A stretch of DNA of 64,000 bases, from assembly GCA_028534125.1 (NCBI GenBank), contig CM052817.1, positions 69,380,001-69,444,000 on the forward strand. Reading direction: 5' to 3'. The position numbers were made by a program, and so were the translations under genes. This DNA comes from Lama glama (taxonomy: Eukaryota). Shown piece after piece: positions 26,286 through 40,048 of the stretch. The notes under the pieces were generated by a model. That model had not been told where the DNA came from and did not search any database. It saw only the letters and a program-made list of their open reading frames with translations. The first letter of the stretch is position 1; each line of letters starts with the position of its first letter.

Positions 26286-28952
26286 GAGGTTACATGGTTT
26301 GTATTTTTCTGACTATATCTCTAAATTATCTTTCCTGTCTAGTTAATAAAGGGAACTTAGAATGGTTTTGCTTTAGTTTCTCATATTTTACTGTTGTCTA
26401 CCATTTAAATTTGACATTGATTTTGAACCCCCAGTTGTTATCCTATCATCATCATCATTTACAGCCAGTGTTTGTTTAGATTTATCCATATGTCTACCAG
26501 TGTCTTTGCTATTGCTACTTGCTTCTCAATCCTTTTTCATGGGACTAGATTCTATTTGTTGCAAGATGCAAATTATACATGCTCATTCAGTCAGATTCTG
26601 AGGATTGTGTATTCTTTCAGTGTTTGTCTTTTAATTGCTTTCTCCTTTGTTTCTGAATAATAGTTTTGCTGGGTATAGAAATCTAAGTTGGGAATATTTT
26701 CTCTCAGTACTTATAAAAGATACTATATCACTATGTTTTGGTTTCTGTTGCTAGTGATGAGATGTCTAGTCCTCTCTGCCATTAGCTTGTAGGTAACATG
26801 TATTTATTCTTTAATTGCTTTTAATATTTTTAAAATATTTTCTTTAGTTTACTGACACCAGAGAAGTCAGACTCAATTTTCTCCTGTTTTCTTTCTCCTT
26901 TAGCTCCCAACAAGTGTTTCGTTCTTGTTAACAGTTAAATAACAGATCTAGGAATATAATAAGCATTAGCAATATTTAACATTTTACTCTCATGAATTTT
27001 TGTCATTTCAGCCACCATATAAATATAATATAGAAAATTCTTAAAGATAAGGACTTAATTTTTACTTCTTTTGTGTCACCTAAAACAGAGCTCTGCATCC
27101 AGTAAAAGTGTTTAATAAATGATTTTGGTTTTGCCATTACTTTTTTTTTGATGTAATTTTTTCAGGCTTAATTGTAGTTGATACCAGATTAATGTTTCCA
27201 TGCTCTCTTATTTCCCTTCTGCTCGTTGCTAAGACAAGGAATGGAAACCAATGATTAAATAAAGGCAAAATCCTAGGGCTTACAGTTGAGGTTTAAGTAG
27301 AAGCTGCTTTTGCTCTCTAGTTTTCAGTTACATTATATAAAATCAGTTAGATCAAACTATTTAGTTGCAAACTCCCTCAAGTTCATCTAAAAAGCCAGTT
27401 TGATAAGATACAGTTTATAAAAACATTTTTATTCCAAATAATTCTTGTTCATCTCAGACCTCTTCTATAAAAGTAAATTCTCAAAAAGATGGAAATATTT
27501 TGAGTAGAAACTTTTCTGCACCCAATAAAGCACAAGATAATATCAAGGTGTTCTGCTGCCTGATATTTAAAACTTAGTGAGAAATATTGAATTATGACAT
27601 TTTTGAGATAGGAATTTGAAGATCAATCATCACTCTGGAGCACTAAATGGAAATAATCCATCTGGACAAATTTAGAGAGGGCTTAATGATTTATCTGACA
27701 TTATATGTAAAGCAAGATGATTCATTCTATTTAATTTTATTTTTGACTTTCCCAGAAATTTTGTGAGCACTGGTATGATTTTCTTCAAGAATCTGATAAA
27801 TATGGAAAAGAATGACATAAGGTTAGATATTTTCCCTATTTTAAAGTATTTTTAACATAAACTCAAATAGAATTATACTGGACATAGTAATACATTTTTA
27901 TTGGGCATAGTAAGGACTAACCCTTTTCAGTTACAAAAATAAAAGGGCTTCAATTGCATTCCTTTTGAATGAGAAAAAGAGAAAATTAAAGGAATTATTT
28001 ATGAGACCATTTTAGAAAGAACTGTCTAATATAGAACAAAGACAAAAAATTTCAGAAGCACTATTACACCCTGATAATTTTAAGATTCAGGGAAATGTGC
28101 TGAGTTATCTAAAAATATTCTAATATAGAAAAGATGAGTCAAATAAGAGATGCCCTGCTTTTTGGAAACATCTTCTAACAGAAAGTATGTAGCAGTTTCC
28201 CCAAGACAGCCCTTCACCCTCAGACTTGGAGTGAATCATCAGAGATCATCTAATTTGGTCATCCCAACTTGTGGTCTTGGACCCATGGGGAGCTGTGAAA
28301 TTTGCAGAAGAGGAAAACCAAGCCATGCAGAAACCAAGAATTTCTTAAAGCAAAATCAATATGTGTCATATTTACTTGTATGACTATTTCTGATGCATAG
28401 GCATGCAATTGTGACTGAGAAAAAATAAATAAAAGATTTCTGAACCCATAGGAACTACTGTCATTTTTTTCAATCAACTGACATCAAAAGTATAATTTCC
28501 TAACATAGGGAAGGTTTGGAACCTTAAAAGAGGTAAGTGATAGATCTATTTTTCCCACCTTCTCCACTTCTTTGAAGTGTTTATATCCACCACGTAAGCT
28601 CCATGAAGATGGGAGTTAATGTCTATCTTTGTTCACTGCTGAATTCCTAGAATATGGCCTAACACATAGTAAGTGCCCAGAAATGTCTACTGAGTGAATG
28701 AATGAATGTTGACTGAATATCTTAAATCAGCAGCCCTAGATACTAAAGAGCTCTGAATAATCAACACTAGGAAACAAGTTACATGGAGGTTGTTAAGAAA
28801 AAGTCAGTCCTGTTGTCTTCTCTTTTTGGCAACCAGCTATATTTTAGCTTAATACAGTTTTATGTGTGAGTTTAGAGAATAGCTGCTCAGATTGTTCACA
28901 ATGTATTGCTTTTTTCATGCTGAGATAAAGACTTATTGTGAAACAGATTCAC

Positions 28953-29102
28953 TTTCTGGCGCTTTGGAGCCTGTCTGCTCCTGGGTGCCAGTTACACTCT
29001 GGCAGGAGCCTGAAGGTCTCCGTGGAGCAACTGGTGTCAGCATCACATAAAATACACTCCTGAAATGGATCGTTCTGCTGCTCGGGGAACATGCAGTGGA
29101 GG
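28953..29102 (-). CDS. Core exon 4 (150 nt, phase 2-2): LHCMFPEQQNDPFQECILCDADTSCSTETFRLLPECNWHPGADRLQSAR
   Basis: Strong acceptor cctttctttgttttcgctcag, weaker donor AAA|GTGAAT. Lies within ORF 28949..29281. Confidence 0.65.
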
Positions 29103-29399
29103 CTGAGCGAAAACAAAGAAAGGACAAAGCTATGACATCCAAAAATAAAATCAAAGGGGATCAAGTTAGGGTTATTTATAAATACTGATACTAGGCTCAG
29201 AAGTCTAAACACCTCACAGCTGTTCAAAATTTGAGAAGAAGAAATCACCATATCACTAACATCTCCTTGGCTGGGGGGCATGAAGGCCAGGTTATCTTAT
29301 GTCTTCTGTCTACCCTTAGCAGCCCCTGCTACAGTGACTCTGTCTAAGGTCTCCTCTCCAGTTTGAAGTTGTGGCTGAGAAAGCTCACCCTGATGTTAG

Positions 29400-29605
29400 A
29401 CCATGTGGGTCCAAGCCATGCAATTTCTTGGCTCTGTGACCTTGGCAAGCTATCTCGTCTCTTCAATCCCCAATTTTCCATTCACACAATGGGAAAAATA
29501 ATTGTTCTTACATTCTAGAGTTGTGGTGAGGATTTAATGGAATAATCCGTGTGAGGCACTCAGCCTAGCTTCTGACTTAAAAATTCTTAACAAGCATTTA
29601 CACTA
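29400..29605 (+). mobile_element. MIR
   Basis: ctgtgaccttggcaag...gttgtggtgaggatttaatgg. Confidence 0.75.
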
Positions 29606-31140
29606 CTCTCATAGTGTAAGAATAAAAAACTGGTTCCATGGTTATTACATCTAAAAAAGCCTCTTTCTAACTCCAGTTAGACCTGAAAGGATGGAATACA
29701 GGGAGCACTTATACTTTGTGGGCGACAGACACCCCTGTTCTCCTCTCCCAAAGCCTACATGTCACTATGATTCAATGCTGCATTGTCTTCTCAGATTTGA
29801 TATTTTCTTCACTTTCCTAGTTCTTTTTCAGTGACAGTCAGAATTAATCTCTGATGATCCCAGAATGAAAACTGATCATTCATGACATCTGTAAGGAATT
29901 GTTTTTTCTGGGCTCCTATTGCCTAGAGGGTAGAGGGTGCCATTACCTTGCTTTGTACCATCGTCCCCTTCTCAGTCTAAAGCTCAGTTCAAACCTCAGC
30001 CTAAATCCTGGACCTTTTTGTCCTAGAGAATCAACAGTGCTTCATGCCACTTTGTGACACCCACTGTTCCTTTCATCTCTCACTACCACTCTTCTTTCTT
30101 CCCCTATTTTCACTCTGCTCTTTGCATTCCTGTATTTCACTCCCTTCTACCATGCCTTTCTCCCTCTCTCTGGTGTTCTCCTTTCTTTCCCATCATTATT
30201 ATTTAACATCCCCACAGAAAATAACACTGAAGGATTATCTATAAAAACTACTGGGCAGTAATCTGTAACGTGGCCTCCACTGATGAACGCCAGAGGGTCC
30301 AGGAATGCTTTAAAAGTGTGTGCAAAAATAGTGTGTGTAATTGTGTGCATGCATGTGTGTGAGAGAGTGACAAAGACAGAGAGGGACAGAGGCGGCAGAG
30401 AGAAATGTGTGTGTGTGCACACTTGTGTTCCTGAAGAGAGATCATGTGGTTTTCTTCAGATTCTCAAAAACTCTCTGATATTAAAAATTTTATTACCTCT
30501 GCTAAATTAATTTAAAGACTGTAGAATTGTTTTAATGTGTACTAATCATTATATGTCAAGAGATAAAAACATGAAAATGATGAATTCTCAACAAGTATTT
30601 ATGGTGCTAATGTTAAGGAAATAAGTGGATCTAAGCCTTTGTCCTCAAGAAGTTCACATTCTACCTAGGAAGAATAGCTAATTTAAAAAAATAATAACAC
30701 AGTATTTTACTTTTATTTCATTTTTCTTGTCATTTTTGTTATATTTTATGTCAATAAATAGTCTGTGCAGTTAGAAGAAAGTTGGGAGGGATTGGAGGGT
30801 GGGTGAACAATGTTGAATAGTCGTAGGCATACAACAGAGGAACAGGGGAAAAGGTGATTTTCAGAACAAGGCAACTGTAGAGAAAACAGGAGTCTGAAGT
30901 TAGAAAAATTATTGTGGAAGTTATCACTAAATAATTACTGAAGAAGTGGAGAAGTAGACAATTAGAGATGTGGGGCTGAGGCGAACTTAGGGCAGTGGAC
31001 ACAGATGACTGGCAACCCCGCTATCAATAGTAGTAAAGACCATCATCTAGGGAATTAGAAATAAATGAGTGGTCAGGGGATAGAGTCTGGGTGGTACAAG
31101 AGAAAAAGAACAGAGGAGGTCAAAGGAGAGTCTCCTTTAC

Positions 31141-31295
31141 CTGCAGAAGACCTGAGCACACTTGCTCAGAAAGGATGAGTTACCAGCCATCACTAGTTTC
31201 GTCTTTGCTGAAACATCTGCCTTAAAGGCAGCACTGTGGTCGTTGTTCTTTTGATCATAAAAGAGGTATGTACACAGTTTTGAGTTACAGCTGTC
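31141..31295 (-). CDS. Core exon 3 (155 nt, phase 0-2): DSCNSKLCTYLFYDQKNNDHSAAFKADVSAKTKLVMAGNSSFLSKCAQVFC(S)
   Basis: Acceptor tctctgccacctcctag, donor CAG|GTAAAG. Stop-free and in phase. Confidence 0.7.
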
Positions 31296-33647
31296 CTAGG
31301 AGGTGGCAGAGACTACAAAAAACTGCACCTACCACATGTTTCAAAGTTCAGCAACCAACCACATGAACGAAGGAAGAAACTAATGACAGTCACTCATGCA
31401 CTGAAAAGACAAAAAACAAAACAAAACAAAAAATACAAAAAACTGCAATCACTGGTGAGCCCACAGGAGCAGTCTATAATAAGTCACTTGTCAGCAAGGT
31501 TTCCAAGTGTAAGTATACAGAAGAGTAGAAAAGTATAAAAAGACAGAAAGAATAAATGAGTTTCAATCACTCAGTCTAATAGGGACCCTTTTTTTTTTGA
31601 GATTAAGAATTAAGGAATAGTCAAGAATTTGTTTAGTGAGATAAAGGTTTGGTGACAGTGAAAAAAATATCTGTTGACTGCTGGCTTAGTTTTATCAGAA
31701 CCAGACCACCACAGTGGATATTCCAGCATTTCTGCTTGTGGCCAGAGCTCTGAGTATAACTGTTGGAATCTGCCACTGTTTATGTGTGTAGGCTCTTATT
31801 CACATGTCTTGACGTTTCTTCCAATTTCCAAATTTATTAGGAGAGCACATGGCTTCCAAATGAGACCTATTCTGATCCTAATGACCACAGCTTTTACTTG
31901 TTAAAGCAATAAAAAGAACAGTATTCTGATATTTTACTCAGTAAATATTTTCTGTCCACACTCAACAACAACAACAAAACTGAAAAAAGAGATTTTCCAG
32001 TATCTGTATGGAAAATACCTCACATTGTTTTGATGTATGCAGGTATGTGATGTTAGGGTGAAGAGATGGTACAAGTGGTAGCTGGAGTCTTGTTTTTTGA
32101 ATATCCTAATGTCTTTGGATGACTGAGCACTCATTCTGTTCTTTAACCAGTTAAAGGGAGATTCTTGAGTAATAATATTATATAAATAACTCCTAAACAT
32201 AATCTAGAGCCTATGGGTTTATACAGTAAGTAAAGAAACAAACAAATAATAATTGTGTTTTACCTCTCACCATTGCCTCATGGTCACAAGCCTCATGTCA
32301 CCTAAGGCTCATGGAGGGCATGTGAAAATAGAGTATGCCTAGAATAGCTGCAGAATACTTTATGACAACCAGTGAGGGAAACACAGAGATCAAGCCAAAT
32401 AATGCTAAGAACAGTACCTCTGGGCTGGAATGTGAATACTCATTAGCTGTTCTTGGCAAGCCTTCATGGTCATGACTTTATGGTACCCACTGGGGAGGAA
32501 TGTGAAATGTCCAAAAATGTTCCCATAGTAATCTATGCCCAGAATGCAGTTATTTTTAAAGAAAGGAACACATCCAGTTCAGTTCTGTATTCCATGAGAC
32601 ACACAGATTCCCAGGTTGGAAGGATGAAAGGGTGAATTCAATACCTGAGGCCAGATGGAATTGTGCCTTTCCTGAGCTCAGAACAAATGAATCAATAAAC
32701 AAAAGAATACAGCAAGCTAAATGATATTGACCTTGCCACAAACAGTCATAAAGCACACATCGGCTTTATCTAAAATGGAGCATTGCAAAATAACTGTCTC
32801 TGAGGACATTTATCTTAACTTGGCAAGGGCACACAGTGCCACAAGAATGGATGCTTGGTGTCAGAAATCACAGAAAGTACTGGAGTATCTCAGAGGCAAG
32901 TAAACAGAGTGAGCAGAGGACAAGGGGGTGATTTGTGGTCTCCGTCTGAGAGTCGGTTCAGCCATTCTCTGTGGAGTTCAAGGTTCCCTGATTTCAAAGC
33001 CCAAGCGCAATATTCTATCACTGAGTCACACCCCGGTGCTCAGTGAGCAGGCAATCTGCATTTCTCCCTGACAATCAGCAGGAAGATTCAGACAATCTGT
33101 TCAGGCAAAAGCCTGGAATGGCTAACACTTGTTTGATTTGATTTGCCAAAGTGACTGAAGAGAGTAGTGGCACAACACAATAGAAATCATGCTTGGAAAA
33201 ATTTTAATTAAAAAAAAATTGAAGAATGGAAATCAGGAGAAAAGTCTGTTGAGAATTCTATACCCAAACTGTAAGGATAGCATGAAATTTTTTCCCCCAA
33301 CTTTGTGTTAACAAGGAGTGAATTATAATGTATAGAGCTGCCGATTACCTATGTTAGTGGAGCTGTATCTTTCAACTGGTCAGCCCATTGATTGGCAGAT
33401 ACTTCAATCGATATAGGCATATTGTGTCTAGAAAAGATTTTTAAGAGTCTTACCTTCTTCTATTACCTAGTATTTGTAACTCAATGCTTGGAACAGAATA
33501 GACACTTAAAAAGGTTTAATTAATAAATGAAAGAATGAATTCTTGGAATCTACTTGCTCTAAAAAATCTTTATAGGAGTTTTAAGGTCTTGTTTCCATCT
33601 CCATTCTTTCTTATCTTTCCTCTCCTCAAATTCCTAAAAGAAAGATG

Positions 33648-33660
33648 GAAAGAAAGAAAG

Positions 33661-33723
<63 letters not shown>

Positions 33724-33725
33724 AA
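33648..33725 (+). repeat. (GAAA)n microsatellite
   Basis: Direct observation. Confidence 0.95.
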
Positions 33726-35249
33726 TGAAAATTAAAAGTTTCAAGATAGAAAAATAAGAGAAGCAAAGTAAAAATATATTACACAAAAAAGAATTTGACT
33801 TTTAAACTTCAGTGGTGTCATAGTTCATTAAAATTAGGAAAACTGTGCCTACTGTATAAGAAAAAATTATGTTCTGAAAGTTTATGCCTCCTATAAAAAG
33901 AAAATACATGCATACAATAAAATATCAGCTTAAGATCAAACATGATTACAAACCTGACTATTCTATTAACCTAGTGAAATTGTGTGTGTGTGAGAGAGAG
34001 AGAGACAGAGACAGAGAGAAAGTGCTGTTTGTGTGCTTTCTTGATTTTTTTGTTGGCAACAGTCTCAACTATGCACTGGTTTCTGTATCCCCTAGTTTCC
34101 ACTATCTGAATACAAATTATCATTTGCATAACTTTAGGTTATTTTTGGCAACTCTCAATGCAATTTATAGTTGGAAACTAGAGCCTTTTTTGGTACCATT
34201 TTTTTCCCAAAAGAAAATAATACTGAATTTTCCAGGAAGGATTCCATTCCACAACCACCAAGGGTCATTGTTAATTGTTATCTATTTGGAACTTTTGGTA
34301 TCCTATGGTCTCTAGTGGTTTTATTTTTCAACTATGTAGCTTCATTCCCCCTTCCTAAAAGAACCCTAGTTTTACTTTGGGGAGCTATCTTTCCCAGTCT
34401 GTGAGCAATTAGGGTGAGAAGATAAATCTTGACCCTGTCCCATTTTCCCTCCAGACTTATTTTTCCAGTCTTTTCCTCTTCAAATCTGGTACAGTCAAGA
34501 AGAATGCAGGTGACTAAAACTTGATTCATGGAATTCCCTCTCTCAAGATGGTGAATTTTAAGTGGAGGAACTCAAGGACAGAATAAATAGAGTTTTTTCT
34601 CTTTGGGGTGGAACATTTTTTATTATGCCACTCCTCTACCCATCACTTGTAGACTCAATGTCACCTCTTTTGTTTCTTCAATAGTATTTCCTTCTGGTTT
34701 GCTTCAGCTGCAGACAGATGAGACAGTCATACTTCTCAGCTCAAAGCACATTATCACATTGGCCCAAGCATAATTTCTCCCTTGTCCATTTATACATTCA
34801 TTCCTTTATCTCTTTGTTTTTGCCATATAACTTTCTTCTTTCTTCCCCTCTCTCCCATAAACAACCATTCAAATTTGTATAATGTATGCCTTTCTAATTA
34901 GTTGAATACTAACAAAACATATTGTTAGTTTGTATGCGTATGTTTTTAACTCACATAAATGAAATTATATAAATATACAATGTATATATTTATGATTTTT
35001 ATATTATCTTTACTCAGAATTTTTTTTAGTAGCTACCTATGTAGCTATGTGAATGTCTAAGCTGAAGTTTTTGACATCAATAATAAGCATCTACTACATT
35101 ATATCCATCTATTCTCTTAGAGATAAACACCCAAGATGACTTCACCTTCCTACTTCCATAATAACATTGGAATAAACATTCTTATGGGCCTGAGTTCTTT
35201 AGAATATATACCAGATAAGAGGGTAGGCATATCTTTTATTCGACAAGGC

Positions 35250-36200
35250 AGTAACATGTCAACAAAGTTGAGAGCTCACTCTGTGCTAGATAGATTCAAA
35301 TGCTGGGAATATCAATGAACAAAATTAAGTCCCTGTCCTCATGAAGTTTACATTTGTGAGGAAAAGACAGTCAATAAATAAATAAGTAGTAGGACATGCA
35401 AGTGAAGATAATGGGTTGAGAGTATTACATGCAAGTATACACAAAGTCTAGCATTCATACTAGAAGTTGGATTAAAGACATAAATTTGAGATCCAGACAT
35501 GAAACTAAAGTTACCTAGAAAGTTCATATAGATGAAGAGCTGGTCTGGGGATAGAGCTCTGATGCACTTTGACATTTAGAGATTAAAAACATTAGAAGAA
35601 GCCAACAAAGAAAACCAAAAGTGAACTGCAGGTAAGATACCAAAAAGTAGTGGTGTCCCAAACTAGAATTAAAAAAAAAATGATAATACTGTCATGTTGC
35701 TGATTAGTCAAATGAGATAAGGACTAAAATAAATTTTTATTTTAAAAATGTGGAGGTCACTGGTGATGTTGATAATATGGATACAGCTGTACTCAAACAG
35801 TGGAATGGCTTTACGAGAGAATTAAAGAAGACTTGGAGACTGGCTTCTTTTCAACATTATTTTGAGGAAATTTGCTATAAAGCACAAAAGAGAAATGGGT
35901 TCATGGCTGGAGAAGGGTAAGTAGTAAAAAGAGAATTTTATAAGATGGAAGATATTATAGCATGCTTTCAGGATGCTGTGAATGTCAAGTCAGGGTGATG
36001 GAGAGATTAAAAGTTATAATACAGGAAAGACAGAATTCCTAAAGTCATTCTTAAATTGGTGAGAGGAGATGAGGTTTAGAACCCAAGTGGAAAGGATGAT
36101 GTGAAGATGGACAATTCATCTGTAGTAATAGGATGGAACAAAGAGTTTGGAGGTACAGAAGTAAGTGGTTGCAGATAGGGGGAGGAGGAGGGACTGGGGT
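35250..36200 (-). mobile_element. L2 fragment
   Basis: gtccctgtcctcatgaagtttacat...ggaggtcactggtgatgttgataa; purine-rich strand. Confidence 0.65.
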
Positions 36201-36360
36201 AAATATGGTGGTGGAAGTGGAATATTTCCTTTTCTATTTTTGTCATCAACTGGCTTCATTTCAACTATTCAGCTTCCTCCACCTTTACTCTTTGCCTCTT
36301 TTAATCTCTCACAAAGCTCTGATGCCTCAGAATATAAAATGTCTGCACAGTGTATTTTTC

Positions 36361-36415
36361 TTTTTTTTTTTAACATTTTTTATTGATTTATAATCATTTT
36401 ACAATGTTGTGTCAA
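36361..36415 (-). mobile_element. 55-bp extremely 5'-truncated young L1 3' tip
   Basis: Matches the 3' end of the L1 at ~18180-18228. 17-bp TSD tgcacagtgtatttttc at 36344-36360 and 36416-36432. Confidence 0.9.
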
Positions 36416-36577
36416 TGCACAGTGTATTTTTCATGTCTCTCTGCCTCCAAGTTTTCTACTTACATTTCCCTTCCTAATCAGTCAGCTAGCAAATATGCAC
36501 TTATTTTTTAGTACAGGTCTTAGCATTAGTTTCCCTGACCTATCCAGTAGCTTTGTTGCATATATACATATATGTGT

Positions 36578-36580
<3 letters not shown>

Positions 36581-36623
<43 letters not shown>
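36581..36623 (+). repeat. (TA)n microsatellite
   Basis: Direct observation. Confidence 0.95.
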
Positions 36624-37601
36624 GAACATTTTGTATGACTGTCCACTAGACTGTGCCTACAAAAGTACCTGGAATACTGAACTCAGTCATTTGTTGGTTC
36701 CCATTACTTATCCAACATATACTACAAGCCAGGCATTGTCCTAGATATTGGAATACAGCTGTGCACCAAAGACCCTGCTTTTAAGGTGCTTATATGCTAG
36801 TAGCTTTCATAGAAAACAAGTCTTGAATGAAGCACTATTCCACTTTAGTAATGCGTCAACTTTAGAACTAATATTTGCTCACAGTCAGTTTCATTTCACC
36901 CTCTATGGCCAAGATATAACATAACACTAAAAATCGAGTGCTTTTTTATTGTCGTTTCATTGGTTTTTTGTTTGGTTTTGCGCTTGTTTGTCTTTCCTAG
37001 ATAACCTGATCATAAAACAATACATTTTATAATTGCACATCTAAAGGAATTATGACTTTTGCAAACGTGGATTTTCAGGCTGAAACCTAATTTTTGAAAA
37101 AGCACTATGTTTTGAGTTTTCTTTACTTCAGATTGTTATGCATTTCTAAACTTCCCATTAAATTGACAATGGAAATTATGGGAGAGCACATATTTCTTAG
37201 GGCTAGTGGAAAATGGAATGAATGTGTCTGGGCACTGGCTGCTCCATGCAGGTTTTTTGTCTGCAGGACACAAGATGAACTTACGGATCAGCTTGTTCAT
37301 TTTTAATTAGATTCATTAACATTTCCAGGACAGATCTGTTACTCACTGGTAGCTATTAATATTTGTAAGGTAATTGTCAAATCTGAAAAATTGTATATGG
37401 TATTTCCCATTCCCTAAAAACAGGCAACCTGCTTTTTGCTATCAACAGGATTATTTACAACAGACACAAGTCCACCACAACAGTAATCCATAATAACTGA
37501 GGAGGGAAATCTCACACTACCCTGTTCTAAATTGCTGGAATCACTAACTCCATATCTCATTTTCGGAAGGCGATCTGAAATGCAAGTTTGTTTTCCATTA
37601 C

Positions 37602-37731
37602 CTGACATGGGTTTAAGAAATTAATGGAACTATCTTCAATAGAGTTTACGTAATTCAAAGTATTGGCTGCACACTGGCTCCAATTTATTCCCTGAGCCCA
37701 GGGAAACTTTGAGGGGAAACTTTGGAACTGT
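37602..37731 (-). CDS. Core exon 2 (130 nt, phase 2-0): QFQSFPSKFPWAQGINWSQCAANTLNYVNSIEDSSINFLNPCQ
   Basis: Acceptor ttccttactaatag, donor CAG|GTAATG. Stop-free and in phase with both neighbours. Confidence 0.65.
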
Positions 37732-39381
37732 CTATTAGTAAGGAAATGGTGAGAATTTTAGTGAGCACTGAGAATTGGTAAAATGCAAAACAAGTTTTAG
37801 ATTTACAATAGTACTTTTTCTTTATCAAAATGACATTTAGAAATGTTTATCCTAAAAAAGTCTCTTGCTCTCCTTGCTTTCATTGTTAAGGAAATTCAAT
37901 ATACTGGGTTATCAACTCCTTTTTCTCATAACACAGCATTAGATGTTGTCCCTTCTGAGATTAATAAGGGAGACAGGTCATCTCCTAGACCCCTGGCATT
38001 CTCCCCTCCATTCAGGATTATTTTAAGGAAGGGGAGAATCTGTACCAATGTGTTTCAGCTAGGAGAATGGGGATCAGGACTCTACATGCACAGTCACCCT
38101 GTCACTGAAATCTGTTAGCAGAAGCGAGAATTGTCACTGCTGTTCTCCCATCAGTCTTGCTCAGCTGCAAATCCCTACAAGTTTGAAATCTTCATGAACA
38201 AGGTCAAAGCATGGAGTCACCAAAGGCTACTGCACGGAGAAGAAATAGAATGACAACCGTCTTTCCAACCCCAAATTCCCACCCTGCCTCCATCACACAC
38301 ATACTTATCACCTAATGTGACACTGAGGTCCCTGTTACATTGCCTCCTAAACCAACTTATTTGGAAAGGAGAAACAAACCCTCAATATCCTCTGTTACTA
38401 AGGAGGATAGATAACAATTGGCTAAATAAAAAGTTTTGCACATCAAGGCCTACTTCTGAAACTCTGAACTACTGAAAGACAACTAGTTCATTAAAGTTCC
38501 ACAGTTCACCTGAGCTGTTTATACAGCTACGATGCTATTCAAAGGCTTGTCAAAAAGTACTTTTATTAAAACCATACAGGATGCTGTAAGCCAATTCTGG
38601 TTTGACTTGAGAACTATAACTCATTTCTTAAAAAAAAAATGGGTTTGCATGAGGTGGTTTCCCTAGTGCAATTGAAATCGAGGAATAAACAATATATTTG
38701 TCAAGAGATTTTCTATTTTAATAACTTCTGGATCCCATGTTATTATTACATATATTTTATTAAACATTTTGAAATCATTTTTCTAAGTCATTGAATCTCA
38801 GGTCATTGATTTCCTAGTTGTTTGTTTCAAAATATGCTATTGAAATATGAAATACATACAGAAAAATGCGTATGTCATGTGTACTGCTGGACGAAGTGTC
38901 ACAAGCAGGACCTACCTGTGTGACCAAGCGTCCAGGCTGGGAAGCAGAACATTCTCATCATCTCAGAGCCACTCACGTGTTCCCTCCTTATCCTGATATC
39001 CTGATGTCCAACAGCAGATATTAGTTCTGCCTGGCTTTGTACCAGAGACTTTTTTCATATGTAAATACAATAAATTATCATCATTTGCTATGTTGTAACA
39101 GAATCCAAATTTGCTTGAATATAGCAAATTTGGACGGAATATTATAACTCAATTTCCCTTTAATAACAAGTAGGAAGTAAATCAATACATCTACTTTCTA
39201 GGAAATCCTAAAATTCTTTCCAAATATTTGATTTCTACAGCAATCTTTTGCGATTTTTTTTCACTTATTAAGACACTAATAACTGATTTTTGTTTCCACT
39301 CCATATAGACTCAGTCTTCTTTCTAAGAATCAAATTACTCCCAGCTTGTCTTTTGAATGGGTTAACTTCCTAACTGCTTAC

Positions 39382-39900
39382 AAGCTGATGGTAATGATAG
39401 CCAGCGTTTCAGGAACTGAAGCTAAAATGAAAGACACCTGCAATTTGCTATTGGAAATGCTGGGGAAGGGTCTATTTCTTTTTCTCTTCCCAGCTGCTCT
39501 GCTTTCTGCCCTCCTTTTCAACATCAGCACCAGCATCAGTTTTCTCCTGTCCTGTTTCCCTGTTGGGATCCAGCCAGGCTTCATCATTTCCTGCCTGTAC
39601 CGCAATCCACCCCAGACCTTGTAATCAGCTGCTCCACTGTGACTCCTCCTTTGCTCTTTACCTCAGGCTCAGGAGACCTTCGGGTTGGAAAACTGTGGTT
39701 CATTTCCATCCTTTAACTCTCATTTCCTCCCCTCTTTCACATAGCCCTGACTGAATATTAATAATGACATTTTCTTACTCAGAGATGTTTAGATATGAAA
39801 AGAGAACTTCTCTTCTTTGGTTTAATCAGAAACAAGTAGACTGTGGAAACTGAAAGTTGCCCGCTTTCATAAAGCAGTCCTAACACCTGGCTTTGGAGAG
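39382..39900 (-). CDS. Core exon 1 (519 nt, phase 2-2). First ~80 codons contain 6 stops; last ~93 codons are open (GKEQRRSHSG...MMKPGWIPTG...ETLAIITISL)
   Basis: Acceptor cctttcag, donor CTT|GTAAGC. Overlaps ORF 39378..39605. ATG at 39587. Confidence 0.55.
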
Positions 39901-39987
39901 CTGAAAGGTTGTCATTTTCTCAAAAGGTACATTATTTTTTGTGATAAATATTATGTTTAGTAAAAATACCCTACAGCTTAAGCTCAC

Positions 39988-40048
39988 TTGGCAAGTGTCA
40001 CAAAATGTTTTGTAAGTTCATCACTGCTAATGGCATGGATTCATGCAA
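39988..40048 (-). pseudogene. Candidate exon (61 nt): A*IHAISSDELTKHFVTLA
   Basis: Acceptor ttttatttattattatag, donor CAA|GTGAGC. 87-nt intron to core exon 1. Confidence 0.45.

Noticed and set aside
24041..31295. Passing resemblance of the core peptide to thyroglobulin type-3 repeats or FNIP
   Set aside because: Only scattered short motifs in non-collinear order. Those genes are well conserved and would be plainly recognisable.
33535..34315. ORFs of 66 and 143 aa
   Set aside because: Held open by (GAAA)n and (TG)/(GA) microsatellites; no splice or homology support.
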